From assembly GCA_965263355.1 (NCBI GenBank), contig CBDHHL010000032.1, forward strand, positions 1,376,001 through 1,440,000: a stretch of DNA of 64,000 nucleotides, given 5' to 3'. Of the stretch, positions 52,000-62,683 are shown one piece after another. The notes below the pieces were generated by a model, which did not search any database, was not told the origin of the DNA, and was given only the letters and a program-made list of their open reading frames with translations. Every line of letters starts with the position of its first letter. Within the stretch, counting starts at the first letter, position 1. This stretch comes from Leptolyngbyaceae cyanobacterium (lineage in GTDB: Bacteria > Cyanobacteriota > Cyanobacteriia > Phormidesmidales > Phormidesmidaceae). The translations under genes were made by a program, and so were the position numbers.

Positions 52000-52968
52000 T
52001 TAATCAGTTCCAACATTAGGCTGGCTTTCTGAATTTGCTTCAGACTGGCATAGATACAGCCCAATCAGAACGATGGCAAAACTGATGGCGTTAACTAAGG
52101 TGATACCCTCGTGAAAAATCGCCCAGGCCAGTAATGTGGTAAAAATCGGTTCTAACAGGAGAAATACACTGGTGAATCCTGCCGATAGATTTTTAAGGTA
52201 GTAAGTAATAACGCCTTGACCGATGACTCCACATAAAAGGCCAAGGCTAATAACGGAGAACCAACCTGAGTATGTAGAGGGAAATAATATGCCCTCGGTA
52301 AACAGTGCCAGGGGACACAGCATCAAGCTAGCAATTGTGCTATACCATCGCAAAATGGCTTCTGTTGAGAGGGACTGACGCAGATTTTGTCTGATTAGAT
52401 AGTGGATTGCATTTATCCCTGCCGAGAGTAACGCGACCATATCTCCCGTTAAATGGGTCATACCCACATTGGCATCTTTGAGGCTAATCAGGCTTACCCC
52501 CAGACAGGTGATTACCATGCCCATAAGAAACTGTCGATTAAAGCGTTCTCTGAACAATAGCCAGCCACCGATTACGGCAAAAACTGGGGTGGTATTGTGC
52601 AGTAGGTTGGAATTGGCAACGCTGGTTTGTTCTAGGGACCAGACCCAAGTGATGATGGCCAAAGAACCAACCATAATATCGGCCAGTAACCAGAGAATTA
52701 AGCCACCACTGAATTGGTTGGTGGTGGTTGGCTTATCACCGTTAGGCTGACGTAATGATTGAATCGCATACCAGACCCAAAGGGCAATGGCAGCAACCAA
52801 GAGTCGATTAAAGGTGATGGCAACGGCCCCAATATCTTGCTCTGCTATGCGAATAAAAATAGCGGCAAAGGAGAGGAGGAATATGCCTAAAAAAAGTGGG
52901 ACTAACCCCAAAATGTCTTTAAAGTGCAGCTGGCTATGTAATGCTGGATTGTCCTCACCTAAGATCAT
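52000..52968 (-). CDS. DMT/EamA family transporter
   Basis: 10 TM, 'SLEQTSVANS', 'LLEPIF'. Confidence 0.88.
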   Translation of the reverse strand: MILGEDNPALHSQLHFKDILGLVPLFLGIFLLSFAAIFIRIAEQDIGAVAITFNRLLVAAIALWVWYAIQSLRQPNGDKPTTTNQFSGGLILWLLADIMVGSLAIITWVWSLEQTSVANSNLLHNTTPVFAVIGGWLLFRERFNRQFLMGMVITCLGVSLISLKDANVGMTHLTGDMVALLSAGINAIHYLIRQNLRQSLSTEAILRWYSTIASLMLCPLALFTEGILFPSTYSGWFSVISLGLLCGVIGQGVITYYLKNLSAGFTSVFLLLEPIFTTLLAWAIFHEGITLVNAISFAIVLIGLYLCQSEANSESQPNVGTD

Positions 52969-53083
52969 AGATGTTTATCTATTTGCTTGTACAAAGAGAC
53001 TGAATGGCTGAGTTGTAATCTGTTCTATCTTTCAATTTTAGACACAAGCTAAATGCATTCAACGAATTACTATCCTATCTCTC

Positions 53084-54246
53084 AGCTCGACTTTATCCAC
53101 TAAGCAGCATAGCAAAGCAAGTCAGACCAAGTGTTGAAAATCTCACGAGGGATTTTAATCATGTCACTGTCATCTTGAGACCGTTGAAAAATCTGTAACT
53201 GCCATAAGTGTTGCCGGACAAGAGATAATGCGTCAGAGAAGGTGGGTAACGATTTTTTGTACCAAGCGGTCTGGGGTGGGTCGAAGGGATGGTTTGATAG
53301 CCATTGATGAGCTAAGACTATCACAATCGAGAACATGGCCATCAGGGCCGGTGTGGTACGAGCAATGGCCAGAGGTGACCATTGGCGTTGAGATTCCACC
53401 CCTAAATGAGCCCGGACTTCTTCAAAGGTCACTTCGACCTGCCAGCGTAAGCGAAACCAATTAAGAATTTGGCAGGGGTCAGCTGTGAGGTTTGTACAGA
53501 GTAAGGCTTGGGTTCTGAACAGTCCATTGGGATCTTTGACCAAGACCCAGCGAATGGGTACAGCTGGTTTGCCAGGTCGATACCAGAGTGCGGTATGAGA
53601 GGTCATCAGTAAGGTATAGTCTCCATGTCCATACCAGTCTTTGAGAACAACCGATTGCCAAGGGGTATAGGGATTGTCGATTAAGGCTTGAAGTTTGGGT
53701 AAGCGCTTTCCCACTTTGGCAGACCGCCCTCGACGATGAGGGGCACGGGGGGCGGGGGCATTGTATAGAGCTGCATCTAACCGGAGTGGGGTCACCATAT
53801 GGATCGGTGTTTTCAGATGAGTCACTGCGTTCAACAATTCGAGGGTAGATGCCCTTGGCGGCGATGCGGCCCCTCGTCGTCGTTCTATCGTATCGTCTAT
53901 GCCCATCACTAAGGGACCCACTGGGACAAAGACGGCCATCAAATGCACCAATAAAATTCGACTGGCCTTGAGACTTGACCAAACCGCTCGATTGAGGACT
54001 CGATGGTAGGTTTGGTGATTTTTCGCTTGGCTCAACCCCATCACTTTGAGAATCGCACTGACCGTTCGTTTTCCAGGTGCGCTCCTATAACGAGCACCTG
54101 AGCCGCCTCCCATACACTTGGACGAAATAAGGGAGCGAATAGCGATAGCAGATTTAGTATTTCCATTTGCAGCAAGTTGGTTCTGATAAACCTATTGTGC
54201 TTGCTGCTTTCCTCATTAACCCCACATGTTTGGATAAAGTCGAGCT
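53084..54246 (-). mobile_element. IS701-like (DDE) element with degraded transposase
   Basis: Perfect 16-bp TIR AGCTCGACTTTATCCA / TGGATAAAGTCGAGCT; transposase from ATG 54166 with frameshift near 54085 and an internal deletion after 'IDDTIERRRG'; 'RWQVEVTFEE' motif. Confidence 0.85.
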
Positions 54247-54402
54247 AAGGGTTCTTACCAAGGGAGAGTTAGAGGGGGTTAGGCAAACGCAAACGCTAAT
54301 TTTCAGGACTTGTGCATACACCGTAGCCTATACCCCGAGGGGCATGCGTCAGATGCACGGGGCAATGAGAACCAATGAGTGTCTCTTTTCTGAGCTAAAC
54401 CA

Positions 54403-55143
54403 TTACTCCTGATCCTGGAGCAGTACAACAGATTGCCAGGCAGCTTGCAAATGCTGATTATTGGGATAAGCTTTCATCTCACTCATTAGCACCCCCAACA
54501 TGTCATACCAGTATCCATTTTCCGCTAGCCACTGAGCCTGCTCTAATGGTTTTTTCTGCTGAAGTAGTCGGGTCAGCAATGGTGTAGCAGCCACCCGTTG
54601 AACCCAGCCCACCAAAACAGGATTATCAGGATCTGCCTGTTCGCCACAAACTACCACAACATGCCAACGGTAGTTACGACCCACGGCTAGAGGGGGTGCT
54701 TCATCTGATAATGACAGCCTAATAAACCCAGTTTGATCAGCTACCCCAAAGTCTTCCTCTGCATAATATAGTCCCGCTTCATCCATCACCGTGAGAATTA
54801 ATCGTTGAACCGATGAGTTTTCTGGCACCTGTACAACTAAGGTAGGACGATCTGCTAAGGTAAGTCCAAAGTTATTCTCAGGCATGAGGACTTCTACTGA
54901 TTGTTCTTCTATATTACAAAGGCCACCATTGCGTGAACCGACACCAGATGTATCTTTAGGGGCATCGTCTCCAGGTGGATCAAATGTTTCATGAAAAACA
55001 ATTTTGTCTATGGTATCCACCCTTTTAGGAGATTGTTGGGCGTTTACAGATCGAGTAATAGCAGCCGTAACTATCACAGAAAGTACAGCAGTCATTCCCC
55101 AGTAAGCAATTGGGGAAGAATTAAAAAATGTCCCGAGGTGCAT
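54403..55143 (-). CDS. DUF928 domain protein
   Basis: Signal peptide, 'F.PP...AP..T...GSR', 'GLT...RPT', 'Y.W', 'GWVQR', 'GYWYD'. Confidence 0.9.
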   Translation of the reverse strand: MHLGTFFNSSPIAYWGMTAVLSVIVTAAITRSVNAQQSPKRVDTIDKIVFHETFDPPGDDAPKDTSGVGSRNGGLCNIEEQSVEVLMPENNFGLTLADRPTLVVQVPENSSVQRLILTVMDEAGLYYAEEDFGVADQTGFIRLSLSDEAPPLAVGRNYRWHVVVVCGEQADPDNPVLVGWVQRVAATPLLTRLLQQKKPLEQAQWLAENGYWYDMLGVLMSEMKAYPNNQHLQAAWQSVVLLQDQE

Positions 55144-55512
55144 CTACTTAGAAGTTTGGTAAAGTACTCAACTTGATCGATTTGCTGTGACAATCTCTAC
55201 TCAAACTTACAAAGGGGGTTAATAGCTTCAGTAAAGTTTTCAGCAAAATTACCCATAAAAATCAAAAACATCGCTGACTCTTTTTTATAACTCTTAGGTC
55301 ATTAGCTATGTTGCTTACACAGCAATACATCTAAGAAACAATAGCAATCTCTTTCTTCGATCTCCAAAAGAGCAAGGCATTGCGTCCTCAAAAAGTCATT
55401 GTTATTTCGTACAAATTATCCACTACGATAAGTTAGTTGTTACTTTGTACAAAAGTTGAATCCACGATTCTCATTTTGTACAGTATTGTGACTAGAGGAA
55501 CCACATACTCAT

Positions 55513-58128
55513 TTACAACCAATTCCCAATCAAAACAAAGGGAGCCCAATAGTAAGGGTGCCTATAGTCATCACTACGCAACAAAGACAGCTGTGCTTGT
55601 TGCAGCGACCCAGCCCGAGAGCGCCCCACCTGACTAAGCTGTTGATAAAACTGATGCATCAGTTCTGCGGTAGAAAAGTCTTCCACCGACCACAGTGAGG
55701 CCACAGTACTCCTTGCCCCAGATCGTACTGCTAAACCAGCCATTCCCAATGCCGCTCTGTCATCCCCCTTAGCCGTCTGACAGGCACTTAAAATCAGCAT
55801 CTCAACGGGTGACTTTAGCTCTTGCTGCTGCAATAGATTCTCCAGTTCTTTTAGTTGTAGACGATTGTTCCAGGTCAAAATAAACGTCTCATCAGCCTTT
55901 GAACTAAACTGCCCATGGGTAGCCAAATGCACGATAGAAACAGGACGTTCAGTCACCTCTTTTGCCAGGTTATCCTTGGTGAAATTTTGATTGAGCAAAA
56001 TTTGTGTCGATGCTTGGGCTTTAATTTGCCGCATTTCAACATCCACCGCTGGCAACGCATTAAACCCTTGATGAGCAACCGACATTCCCCCGGCTAACAC
56101 CTGCAAGCCCTGGTTAGGCACCCCTGGCGACTCAAATAGCTGTAAACCAGGCGTCAGAGCTAAACTGTAGCGTTCGATCAGAAATTGCTTGCCATCATGT
56201 AAAACCGCCATCGGTAAGTTGCGCAGGGAGCCATCCAGCACAAATACCAGTCGCTGGATGCCAGCTTCTGTCAAAGCAGACTCTGCCGGTCTTAGTAACC
56301 AATCGTAGAGTTGTTGGGCCGGGGGTAAGACCCGAGTTGCGGGAAAGGCTGGGTTTAAGGCCTGTCGTAGGCTCTGGAATGTTTTTTGTCGGGTCTGCGC
56401 AGATAGCGTACGGCCATAATGCTGTAGAGTTCCGTCAGGTAAGGCCAGAATCACCTCTAATCGATCGTCTAGCAAAATGGGATATAAGACAGCCGCTTGG
56501 GGATCAATCTCATCAATGGGACGCACAGTATAGGTCAGACAAGCCTCTCGAAAATAGTTTTCTAGCTCGGCTAGCTGTAGGCCTTCGATCACCTGACGAG
56601 AATGGGCTAGTCGCTGTTGTTGTTGCTCGGGTGGTAGGTCATCTACAGTCTGTAACAATAGCTGCACTAATTCGCGATAGACCGGTTCGACTTGTTTTTG
56701 AAACGAAAACTGGATGTCTGGATTCGATGCTACCAAATCTTGATCTAACGATTCTAGTAGAGTAACCGCTTGATCATAGGCATCTATCGCTAGCTCAGGT
56801 TGTTTCTGTGCTTTGAGAATTCGTCCCCGTTGCCACTGCCAAATAGCAGTAATTTCGTCAGCCTGTACCTGCTTTGAGCGCTGAATTGCTTGTTCTGTTA
56901 GGGAGAGTGCCTCAGACCATTGTTGTGTTTGCTCATAAAGCTTGCCGAGCTGCCCAAGGGCATAGGATTCGGCATGAGGATCGTTAAGGGTTTGAGCTTG
57001 GTGGATGGATTGGGCGAGGAGGTGGGCGAGGGAGGGGAGGGAGAGAGGGGGAGAGGGGGAGGAAGAATTGGATAGTAGGGTTTCTGCAAAATTGACCTGG
57101 GCATAGATGCCCCAACGGCTGGGGGGTAGGGTTTCTAGTTGAGACTTGATGCCGTTGGCTAGGGCCAGGACAGTGGTCTCCTGGGACTGATCGAGCAAAA
57201 GTCGCAACTGATTAAGGGCGGTTTCTAGCCAGAGGCGGGATTGGTGTGGTGTGGTGTCGAGGACCTGCTGATAAAAGGAGAAAGCGGTTTTAAGATTGCC
57301 TTGGGCTTGGGTGGTGTTGCCAAGTTGGAAACGGGCGTTTGCGATCGCACCCCCATCATTCAGTTCCTGAGCAACGGTCAAGCTATCAGTCAATACAGTC
57401 TGAGACTCTTCCAGATCTCCAGTGGTTCTCAGAATAATGCCTATTGACTGCAGACCCTGAGCTTTAAGCAATGAAACTGGCTGGTTGGCTAACGTCTGAC
57501 GCAGATCGGTGATTAATCTACTGGCGCGGGCATAGTACCCCAGGGAGCGTAAGGCCTGTATCTGATTCGTTTGGGTCAACATCACTCCGGCGGGATCATG
57601 TCCTTGGCGATAGTTTTGTTCTGCCGTCTGCCATGTGGCCAACGCTTGAGCAGGGTGTCCCTGGTGAAACTCTAAAGTACCCTGGGCATTGAGTACCTGG
57701 GCTAGGGCAATGGGCTGGTTAGATACATGGGCATGGGCCTGTGCGATCTCATCTTCTGCCGCTGACCACTGTCCAAGATCTTGATAGGCCAGGGTGAGAT
57801 AGGTATAGGCGAGAGCCTGATCCGCTGATGTGGTCGCTGTTGCTATGGCCTGTTGCCAAAGGTTAATGGCCTGATGAAGTTGTCCGGCATGATAATACTG
57901 TTGCCCTTGCTCCAGTAGCTCTGCTGGACTGTTGTTTCCACTGTCATGACGGGTATTGACAGAGAGTTCACTGGTAGCTAATTCAGACGCTATAAGGTGA
58001 ATGGGGGGGCTGTAAATGCCGTGGGATTGCGACGATAGCTGTTCAACGGCTTCTGTTTTGACAGTACCGATGAGCACAAAACAACAGCTTAAAAATAGCA
58101 GCAGCCCGTAGCGAAGCCGTCGGTTCAT
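55513..58128 (-). CDS. TPR + CHAT (caspase-like peptidase) domain protein
   Basis: Signal peptide from ATG 58128 (ATGA overlap, AGGAGG RBS); 'VHLATHGQF', 'LSACQTA', 'HPYYWAPFVLIGNWL'. Confidence 0.93.
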   Translation of the reverse strand: MNRRLRYGLLLFLSCCFVLIGTVKTEAVEQLSSQSHGIYSPPIHLIASELATSELSVNTRHDSGNNSPAELLEQGQQYYHAGQLHQAINLWQQAIATATTSADQALAYTYLTLAYQDLGQWSAAEDEIAQAHAHVSNQPIALAQVLNAQGTLEFHQGHPAQALATWQTAEQNYRQGHDPAGVMLTQTNQIQALRSLGYYARASRLITDLRQTLANQPVSLLKAQGLQSIGIILRTTGDLEESQTVLTDSLTVAQELNDGGAIANARFQLGNTTQAQGNLKTAFSFYQQVLDTTPHQSRLWLETALNQLRLLLDQSQETTVLALANGIKSQLETLPPSRWGIYAQVNFAETLLSNSSSPSPPLSLPSLAHLLAQSIHQAQTLNDPHAESYALGQLGKLYEQTQQWSEALSLTEQAIQRSKQVQADEITAIWQWQRGRILKAQKQPELAIDAYDQAVTLLESLDQDLVASNPDIQFSFQKQVEPVYRELVQLLLQTVDDLPPEQQQQRLAHSRQVIEGLQLAELENYFREACLTYTVRPIDEIDPQAAVLYPILLDDRLEVILALPDGTLQHYGRTLSAQTRQKTFQSLRQALNPAFPATRVLPPAQQLYDWLLRPAESALTEAGIQRLVFVLDGSLRNLPMAVLHDGKQFLIERYSLALTPGLQLFESPGVPNQGLQVLAGGMSVAHQGFNALPAVDVEMRQIKAQASTQILLNQNFTKDNLAKEVTERPVSIVHLATHGQFSSKADETFILTWNNRLQLKELENLLQQQELKSPVEMLILSACQTAKGDDRAALGMAGLAVRSGARSTVASLWSVEDFSTAELMHQFYQQLSQVGRSRAGSLQQAQLSLLRSDDYRHPYYWAPFVLIGNWL

Positions 58129-61100
58129 CCTGCCCTCCTTGCTGTTACACATTGGGTGTGTGGGAGTTTAGTCATTTGAGAAGCCTGTGCCACCAACTGC
58201 ACACGTCCTTGGTCATCAATCAACCAGTCCTGTGCTTCTACAACTTCTTCAGGGGATAACGCCTGTTCAATTACTTCACCAGTGACTCCATCAGGGCGTC
58301 GCCAGTCTTGTAGTACGATTTGTCCCTGCCAGAGCTGACGCGGGTCCGTAGGCAGGCCTCCTCTCCCCGTGGTTACTAGAGAATTGTTACTGCCAGCGGC
58401 ACAGCGAGCGGTGATTTGGTCGGCAGATGCCAACTGGTCTGGTAGCTCTAACTCTGAGGGTTCAAGTTCTGGATTGAACTGTTCAATAATCACTTCACCA
58501 TCAAGACCAAACTGTGAGCTGGCGGTAATGTCATTAAAAGGCGTGAGATTTTCTCGAAAGTCAATACCCAAAAGTCCTTGAGTAGCAATGGTAATATTGC
58601 CACCGTTACCTTCAAACGCATTGGCTGTAATGTCGCTATTCTCGCCAGGAACCGCAATAATAAAGCCATCGCCAAACGTAATATTGCCCCCATTGCCCCC
58701 AGCTCCAGCCTGGCCAGCTGTGGTGGAGATTATGCTACCGTTCCGTAAGAACAGTAGATCATCGATTTGTAGCGCCACGTTGCCCCCCTCTCCCGATGCG
58801 CTAGTCGCAGTGATATTACCCTGATCCAAAGACAACAACCTGGCTCCGATGCCAATATTGCCAGCGTCACCCTGACCTTCGCCACTGACGGTCACAGTAG
58901 CCCCATCTCGAATTCGGAACTCTCCTGTGGTGACTTGAATATCTCCTCCGGTCCCCGTAGCGGTTTCAAAGGAAGAAGCCAGCAGACCACTGGCAATACC
59001 CGTATCGGTGGGATCAATCAAATCGATTGACTCAGTGGCAACCACGGTCAAATCTCCAGCTTTTCCCGTACCAAATGTTGTAGTAATTGCCTGGGCTCCC
59101 CCGCTAGCCCGCATCCGTTGAGTTTGCAGTTCAATATCACCAGAGGTTGCTGCTGTAAACGACCCAGTGGCGAGTAAGGAGCCCTCTAGCTGTAGATCGT
59201 TAGTGGCCGTGATGTTAATATCACCACCTGCCCCGTTATTTAAGGTGGTGGTGGCTACCAACGCCCCATTACGGGCAATAAATTCGGATGTCCTAATTTC
59301 CACATTGCCAGCAGAGCCCTCACCGGCAGCTACGGTCAAAATACCCTGGGTAAAGTTATCCACGCCTAAGGTACCATCAAGGGCCGGGTCAATAATCTGT
59401 TCTTTTAGGACAGTAAAACCATTGCCCACAATCTCAACAGATTCACTGGCATCAATCCGAATATTGCCTCCATTTTCCACAGTCGTTGTGGATGCATTAA
59501 TCTGACCATTATTCAGCTTTAGGCTATCGGTAACAATGTCAATGTCTGCCCCTGCGCCATTACCTAAGGTAGCTGTGGTAATTTCGCCCCCATCCTTTAC
59601 TATTAGCTGCTGGGTAGTAATATTTACCGGTCCAGAATCACCGCTTGCCAGGGAGTTAGACGAAATTCTACTGGCTGTGTCTCCAGCGGCATTAATGCCA
59701 ACAACCTCGATTCGATCCCTTGCTTGCACCGTGAGAATTCCTCCATCGCCTGCTCCAAACGTATTAGAGGCCAGTAGGCTACCATCCTGAATCGATAGTG
59801 CTTCAGCGACAAGGGACATGTCACCAGCAGCCCCTGGCGAAATCGATGTAGTAATCACGCGAGCCCCCCCTGTCAGGGTGACCGTTTCCGCTTGAATCTC
59901 TAAATCACCCGCATCTCCACCTAAAAAATCAGTGCTCGTAAAGATTCCGCTGGTGCCTTGTAGATTAATATCTTCAGCAACGATAGATAGATTGCCACCT
60001 TCCCCCAGCACTGATGAGGTACTAATCCCAGCGCCATTGCGCAAGTTTAACTGCTTAGTGTTGAGGATAATGGCACCTGCTTTTCCAAATCCAAACCCGC
60101 CAGCAAAAATGGAACTGCCATTGCGGGCTAGCTCGATAATTTCTGCAGCGGACCCCGTTGGTGAAAGGTTTGATGGCCCTGGCAAAGAGCCAATCAGATC
60201 GATGGAGTCAGTCACATTGACAATCACATCCCCCCCGTCCCCCGTCAGAGATGTGGCCGACGAGAGTCCATAGGCCTCAACGGTCACGGGTAAATTAAAC
60301 CCAGGGGTACGAATAACTTGTAAGGATCGGGCATTGAGCACTAAGTCCCCTGTATCTGCTGTGCCAAAGTCAGTGCCAGCAAAAATGCCTGTATTACGCA
60401 TAACGATATCCTCGTCAGCATTGATAAAGACACTGCCACCGACGGCATCTTGAAACGGTCCTAAGAAAAGCAGGATAGATTCATCTCGACTCAGGGTACC
60501 GATGGAGGTCTCGTTTAGATCCATCGATTGGGCAGAAATGCGAATATCGCCGCCCACACCATTGCCAGCCATGCGATTAATGATGCGGTAGTTGTCAGCG
60601 GCGAGGGCACCGCCACTGGTGAGGGTAATCTGACCAGACTGCAACCCGTTGGCGCTAATGTCACCAAAGCGAGAAATGGGTTGGGGCGATCGCAAATCTA
60701 AATCCCCCCCAGCCGTAATGGTAATGTCTCCCGCCGTACCTGAAAAATCGGCGATAGTTCCAGTTGTAATGGAGCTGTCGGTCGCTATTTGGCCATTGAT
60801 GGCAATGTTTTCAGCAGCCGTGATGGTAATATTACCTGATTGATGATCCCCGTCGGATATCAAGTTATCGGTGACAGTAATGGAGCCTGCTAAGCTTGTA
60901 ACATCAATATTGCCACCATTGTCTCTTGTACTGTGGCTATCCAGCAGCCCAACGGTGATATCGCCCAAGGCAGAGAGGATAATATCACCGCTGTCACCAT
61001 TGCTATTCGTCGTAATGACGCTACCATCAGCGGTATTAATTTGATTTCCAGACAGCTCTACCTGACCACCAGGAGCAAGTAACGACCCCAGATTTCGAAC

Positions 61101-61826
61101 ATCGCCCCCCAGCAAGGTCAAATTCTGTTGTGGATCAACAGCTAAGATACCGCGATTCTCTAATAGGCTATTTCTGGTACTTGCACCATACTGAATCCCT
61201 GGTGCCACATTCAAACTCAACAGCGGTGATGGCACATCAGGCTGCACAGTACTAAATTCATACCCATCAATCCACAGGCTGTCTACAGTAGTTGCCGTAA
61301 ATGAGCCAGCAATATCTAACTGGGCCGCCTCACCAAACACAATGCCGTTAGGATTTAGCAAAAACAAGTTGGCTGGACCGTTAACCCCCAGCGTGCCATC
61401 AATAGCCGACGGTTGATTTCCTGTGATGCGAGTCAGAATATTGGTAATGCCCGCTGGGTTAGTAAAGTAAACCTGTTGCCCTTGGTCAATATTAAAGTCA
61501 GAAAAACTGTGAAATAGACCTGTACCACGGACAGCACCGCCCTCCAAACGTACTCCATCGGGAGTGCTGATTACCGTTGAACCTTCATTCCCAAGGGTAG
61601 TATCCGGAATCACCTGAGCCAGGGCATTTTGGAACGTAACCAGGGGAGCAGCTAGCAAGAAACCTGCCACAGCCCCTCTCAAGGCCGTCCAACTAAAATG
61701 CAAGCTAATCCTAAATCTGAATGCAGCCAATCCGACTAAAAATGGACAAAGTTGTAGGGGCAATCCCTTGTAGTTGCCCTGGGATATTGGGGGCAGGCAA
61801 CCAGGATTTTGTGTAAGCATAGGCAA
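58125..61826 (-). CDS. Filamentous-haemagglutinin N-terminal (TpsA-like) exoprotein
   Basis: 'LFHSFSDFNI', 'NLFLLNPNGIVFG', beta-helix Gly repeats, C-term 'TGRGGLP..VEAQDW'; start uncertain. Confidence 0.9.
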   Translation of the reverse strand: MPMLTQNPGCLPPISQGNYKGLPLQLCPFLVGLAAFRFRISLHFSWTALRGAVAGFLLAAPLVTFQNALAQVIPDTTLGNEGSTVISTPDGVRLEGGAVRGTGLFHSFSDFNIDQGQQVYFTNPAGITNILTRITGNQPSAIDGTLGVNGPANLFLLNPNGIVFGEAAQLDIAGSFTATTVDSLWIDGYEFSTVQPDVPSPLLSLNVAPGIQYGASTRNSLLENRGILAVDPQQNLTLLGGDVRNLGSLLAPGGQVELSGNQINTADGSVITTNSNGDSGDIILSALGDITVGLLDSHSTRDNGGNIDVTSLAGSITVTDNLISDGDHQSGNITITAAENIAINGQIATDSSITTGTIADFSGTAGDITITAGGDLDLRSPQPISRFGDISANGLQSGQITLTSGGALAADNYRIINRMAGNGVGGDIRISAQSMDLNETSIGTLSRDESILLFLGPFQDAVGGSVFINADEDIVMRNTGIFAGTDFGTADTGDLVLNARSLQVIRTPGFNLPVTVEAYGLSSATSLTGDGGDVIVNVTDSIDLIGSLPGPSNLSPTGSAAEIIELARNGSSIFAGGFGFGKAGAIILNTKQLNLRNGAGISTSSVLGEGGNLSIVAEDINLQGTSGIFTSTDFLGGDAGDLEIQAETVTLTGGARVITTSISPGAAGDMSLVAEALSIQDGSLLASNTFGAGDGGILTVQARDRIEVVGINAAGDTASRISSNSLASGDSGPVNITTQQLIVKDGGEITTATLGNGAGADIDIVTDSLKLNNGQINASTTTVENGGNIRIDASESVEIVGNGFTVLKEQIIDPALDGTLGVDNFTQGILTVAAGEGSAGNVEIRTSEFIARNGALVATTTLNNGAGGDINITATNDLQLEGSLLATGSFTAATSGDIELQTQRMRASGGAQAITTTFGTGKAGDLTVVATESIDLIDPTDTGIASGLLASSFETATGTGGDIQVTTGEFRIRDGATVTVSGEGQGDAGNIGIGARLLSLDQGNITATSASGEGGNVALQIDDLLFLRNGSIISTTAGQAGAGGNGGNITFGDGFIIAVPGENSDITANAFEGNGGNITIATQGLLGIDFRENLTPFNDITASSQFGLDGEVIIEQFNPELEPSELELPDQLASADQITARCAAGSNNSLVTTGRGGLPTDPRQLWQGQIVLQDWRRPDGVTGEVIEQALSPEEVVEAQDWLIDDQGRVQLVAQASQMTKLPHTQCVTARRAG

Positions 61827-62188
61827 TCTAAAGCACCCATTCGCGTGGGGTTAACCACACTGTGAATCTACGCTTTGATATTTCAGTGCTAAATGATAAT
61901 TTCATCCCAACTTTATACGTCTTTGCAATATACCTCACTTTTCTTACCTTTTGCACATTAGGTAAGTTTGGTGCATTGAAGTAATAGAAGTGAGGTGATT
62001 GATAGGTTCCTTCTCTTTGACACCTTTGCAACTAGTGTTTTCAGCTAAAGTTCGGCTATGGCTACTTGATCATGGGCATTGATGTCGCCTGGCTACCATG
62101 ATCAAGTGGTTTGCTTGTCAGTTTGAGTCAATGCTATGAGCTGACTGGCCTATTTGTTCTTTGTTTGTTACCTGGAGAGAGACAACCG

Positions 62189-62551
62189 ATGCAACCGATG
62201 GAACCGATGCTTGGGCAGATCACTATATTTGCGGGCAACTTTGCCCCTAGAGGCTGGATGTTTTGTGATGGTAGAGAAATGCTAATCAACGATAATGACG
62301 CTCTGTATAGCATACTAGGAACTACCTATGGAGGCGATGGACGACGTACCTTTGCCCTACCCGATCTTCGAGGTCGTGTGCCTGTTCATGAGGATTCTGA
62401 TCATAGGCAAGGAAGCCAGGGTAACCTCACAAACGAGCTCACGCAGTATGAACGTGGTAAAGGAATAGAAACAGGAGCCGCACCTTATTTAGCCGTTAAC
62501 TACATCATTGCAGTTCAGGGTATATTTCCCTCTCGCAACAACTACTACTAA
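62189..62551 (+). CDS. Phage tail-collar domain protein
   Basis: 'LGQITIFAGNFAPRGWMFCDG..LYSILGTTYGGDG..TFALPDLRGR', 'PYLAVNYIIA.QGIFP'; GGAG RBS before ATG 62189. Confidence 0.88.
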   Translation: MQPMEPMLGQITIFAGNFAPRGWMFCDGREMLINDNDALYSILGTTYGGDGRRTFALPDLRGRVPVHEDSDHRQGSQGNLTNELTQYERGKGIETGAAPYLAVNYIIAVQGIFPSRNNYY

Positions 62552-62589
62552 GCTCTGGTGACCAATGGGATGATGGGCGATCTCACTAA

Positions 62590-62630
62590 TCTCTATCGGC
62601 GTTCCTCATGTAAGGGAACGCCGATAGAGA
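62590..62630 (+). terminator. Strong hairpin after the tail-collar gene
   Basis: TCTCTATCGGCGTTCC..GGAACGCCGATAGAGA 16-bp stem. Confidence 0.55.
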
Positions 62631-62683
62631 ATCGCCTGGTTCGAGACTAATCCTCGAACCTTCCTAGCCCTTTACAACTTCCC

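Noticed and set aside
22609..54246. Composite transposon carrying the island
   Set aside because: Flanking elements are different IS families, both defective, with no shared target duplication
57010..57066. Purine-rich tract as a special element
   Set aside because: Low-complexity Ser/Pro-coding insert within the CHAT gene; frame preserved
62111..62551. Prophage or contractile injection system
   Set aside because: Only a single collar-domain gene; no tube, sheath, baseplate or capsid genes in the window
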